A stretch of DNA of 54,752 bases, the filler included, from Bipalium vagum (taxonomy: Eukaryota), in assembly GCA_037834085.1 (NCBI GenBank). It is 3 parts of 3 records of this genome, joined end to end, with 100 filler letters (N's around TTAATTAATTAA, not from the genome) between each part and the next. Parts side by side here need not be neighbours in the genome. Positions count along the whole stretch, not along the records: positions 32,666 to 54,752 come from JBBMKC010227213.1; 2 more parts are not named here. One strand, written 5' to 3'. The translations under genes and the position numbers were made by a program. Within the stretch, counting starts at the first letter, position 1; each line of letters opens with the position of its first letter. The notes under the pieces were generated by a model. That model was not told where the DNA came from, ran no database searches, and saw nothing but the letters and a program-made list of their open reading frames with translations. This document shows positions 52,554-54,752 of the stretch, piece by piece.

Positions 52554-53884
52554 CAGGGTGAAATCCGAAAACCGGGAAATTTCAAAAAAATTTATATTTA
52601 CAACAAATATACATGAATTTTATAAATGTTCAAAATGACTTCCTTGCACAGCATGACATCGTCCTAACTATGGGATCCAAGCTTCCGTTGCCGTTCGAAG
52701 TGCGGTTGGTGAGATATTGTTCCAAGCATATAGTAAGGTGAGTTTCAGTTCATCAATTGTATTTATATGAGGACGATTTTTCTGTGTCTCTGCCAGTAAC
52801 AAACTCCAAATACAATAATCCACCACATTCAGATCTGGACTTTATGAAGGCCAATGTTCAGGTTCGATGAAATCTGAAGTAACTTTTCTCAGAAAGTCAT
52901 TAGTAGCCCTGACAGTGTGAGCTTTTGTCCCATCTTGTTGCCATGTCCATACTTCACCTTCCATAACATTCTCTATATCTCTGAACATTTGAGGACACAT
53001 TTCGTCACAATAGATATTGTGATTTACCGTTTTCCTTTTTCTTCTGTAACAAGGGAGATGTTCTTGTTCTGAAGCATTGCCTTCAATAAATCTAAGTTCT
53101 GTTTTTCCATAGAAGGACACTGCACCATAACAAAATACAGAGGGTTGTAATTTGACATATTCAACCAGTAGATCTTCATGGAGTATATCGGTTTTCACGG
53201 TAACCTCATGGTAAATTCTCTCATTTTGTAGATTTAAAGGAGGTTGCAATGAAAACTTTGCTTCGTCCGAGAACCACACTTTCTTCCAAGCATCCATTTG
53301 TCTAAAACGATTAGCCAGTGCCCGGGTCTTATTCATACGCATTATTTTATGCTGTGGAGTGAGGAAATTGCACTTTAATCTTCTACAGCACTTCAGCTTA
53401 TATTGTTTAATGATATTAAAAACGGTTGTTTTTAATATTTGCAGTTCCCGGGATATTTCTCGCTGGCTCAAGTGCTTCCATTCACTATCTTCTACACGAA
53501 CTCACATTTTCACGTTTCTCGACAGAAATTCGGCTATGGGATTCTATTCTTTTTTTCCGGATAATTTGTAACGGATTTGCTTTAAAACATGCAACGGCAT
53601 TATCAAATTGGTGTTTGATAACCTTTTCAAAAAAATCAGGTAACACCTTTGAACATTTTATTAATCCTCATGTAGAATTTTCCGTCTTAAACAGAATTAT
53701 TACTTGTTTCTCAAAATCTGATAATTTTTTTCCTTCTCGCATCAAATTAGCTATCTAAAAAAATCAATAATTATGAACTTATAAATAATGAAATTGAATG
53801 TATAGTGACAATAATTAATTTTTTTGAAATTCATGTACATTTGTTGCAAATATAATTTTTTTTGAAATTTCCCGGTTTTCGGAT
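52554..53884 (-). mobile_element. DD37D transposon with ~65-bp TIRs; transposase pseudogene ~52620..53742
   Basis: Left TA|cagggtgaaatccgaaaaccgggaaatttcaaaaaaa...catgaattt is inverted at ~53826-53884, where the outermost ~9 bp are lost. ORF 52842..53471 has WFSDEAKF and WQQD-GTKAH...HWPS*SPDLNVV-DYCIW with 37 residues between the 2nd and 3rd D. Start MREGKKLSDFEK at 53742; end GSHFEHL*. Confidence 0.93.
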
Positions 53885-54752
53885 GACTAAACATGTTGAA
53901 ATAAACATTACTAAATACTTTTTATCAAGCTTTTTAAAATTTCCATAATTTTCATTTTCAATTGCTTATAAAAATTAAATCAATTTTTTTGCTCTTCTCT
54001 ATATTTTTCATGTAATATTCATCACATTCTAAATTAATTATTTCTCATTATATATCAAATGGAAAGTCATTAACTTTATTTATCAACATTTTTGAAGCAA
54101 TGGAATCTCTACTGGAAATCTGTTATTAATGCAAGGGTCTTTTTATTAAATATTTCAGTCTTTTCTTTTAAAATATTTGCAGATATGGTCTGCAATGTTG
54201 GAAAATGATTAAATTTACATTCGGCATTTTAAATCTACTTTTCATTTTTTGAGACCCATCCTAGAAAATGTAATGATATAAAGTAAATATTTAAATATTA
54301 AACTGGATTAAACAAATATGTATTATTTTTATTTGAAACATTATAATTTTTGTGTATAATTGAAAAAAAGTTATTTTTATATGAAAAATTTATTGGGCCG
54401 GATAAAATTATTACACGGGCAAATATAAAGGTAAACTTGCACTTTTGTTTTGATAGTTGTAATAAATATAGTTGTCACAATAAAAGTGGTGGTTAGTTTT
54501 TATCAATTTATAAAGCAAAAAGCCTTAAATTTTAATAAAATAAAACAAACACCTGTTGGACATCTATTGTATAAATGGTTTCCGCAAAATTGTATAGATT
54601 TTCAGAAAAATTTTGAGCATTATTGGATGAACCTTCGAGACAAATGGTTTTAATGGACTGAAGTATATACACGGTGTCAGCTATTTGAGGACAAAAATTG
54701 TTAAAATATATCATGATAATTTTTTTAGTGGCGCTAAAATTGATTTGCAATA

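Noticed and set aside
54390-54752. Possible left end of another Tc1/mariner element
   Set aside because: TIR-like start, but cut by the window edge and without diagnostic transposase motifs.
1-54752. CRISPR arrays, prokaryotic operons, rRNA/tRNA genes, hammerhead ribozymes
   Set aside because: The sequence is eukaryotic and spliced. I saw no regularly spaced repeats, cloverleaf or rRNA-like segments, and the CTGATGA occurrences checked lack hammerhead stems.

Overview
Very AT-rich eukaryotic genomic scaffold with N gaps. The ~45-55 nt micro-introns, (AAT)n microsatellites and dense Tc1/mariner debris would fit a planarian flatworm, but that is inference only. Two spliced genes converge tail to tail. 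(1) The 3' part of an UNC5-type netrin receptor lies on the + strand: six exons, 1851..13861, encoding ZU5-UPA-Death domains, with GT-AG junctions in consistent phase. (2) A complete CHD1/CHD2-type chromatin remodeller lies on the - strand: six coding exons, 45180..50367, ~1591 aa, with one 3984-nt exon carrying nearly all domains. The introns and the ~31 kb between the genes hold many dead IS630-Tc1-mariner elements (mariner DD34D-like, DD37D, DD41D, pogo-like) and a MITE. Two identical 100-bp spacers (44 N + TTAATTAATTAA + 44 N) look like artificial contig joins, so long-range adjacency in the window is uncertain. I found no convincing novel multi-gene system. The best leads are a structured C/D-box-like element or poison exon in an enlarged CHD1 intron, the lopsided CHD1 intron distribution, a DD37D element with long TIRs and a catalytic-domain insertion, and RFX X-box-like motifs in the intergenic region.
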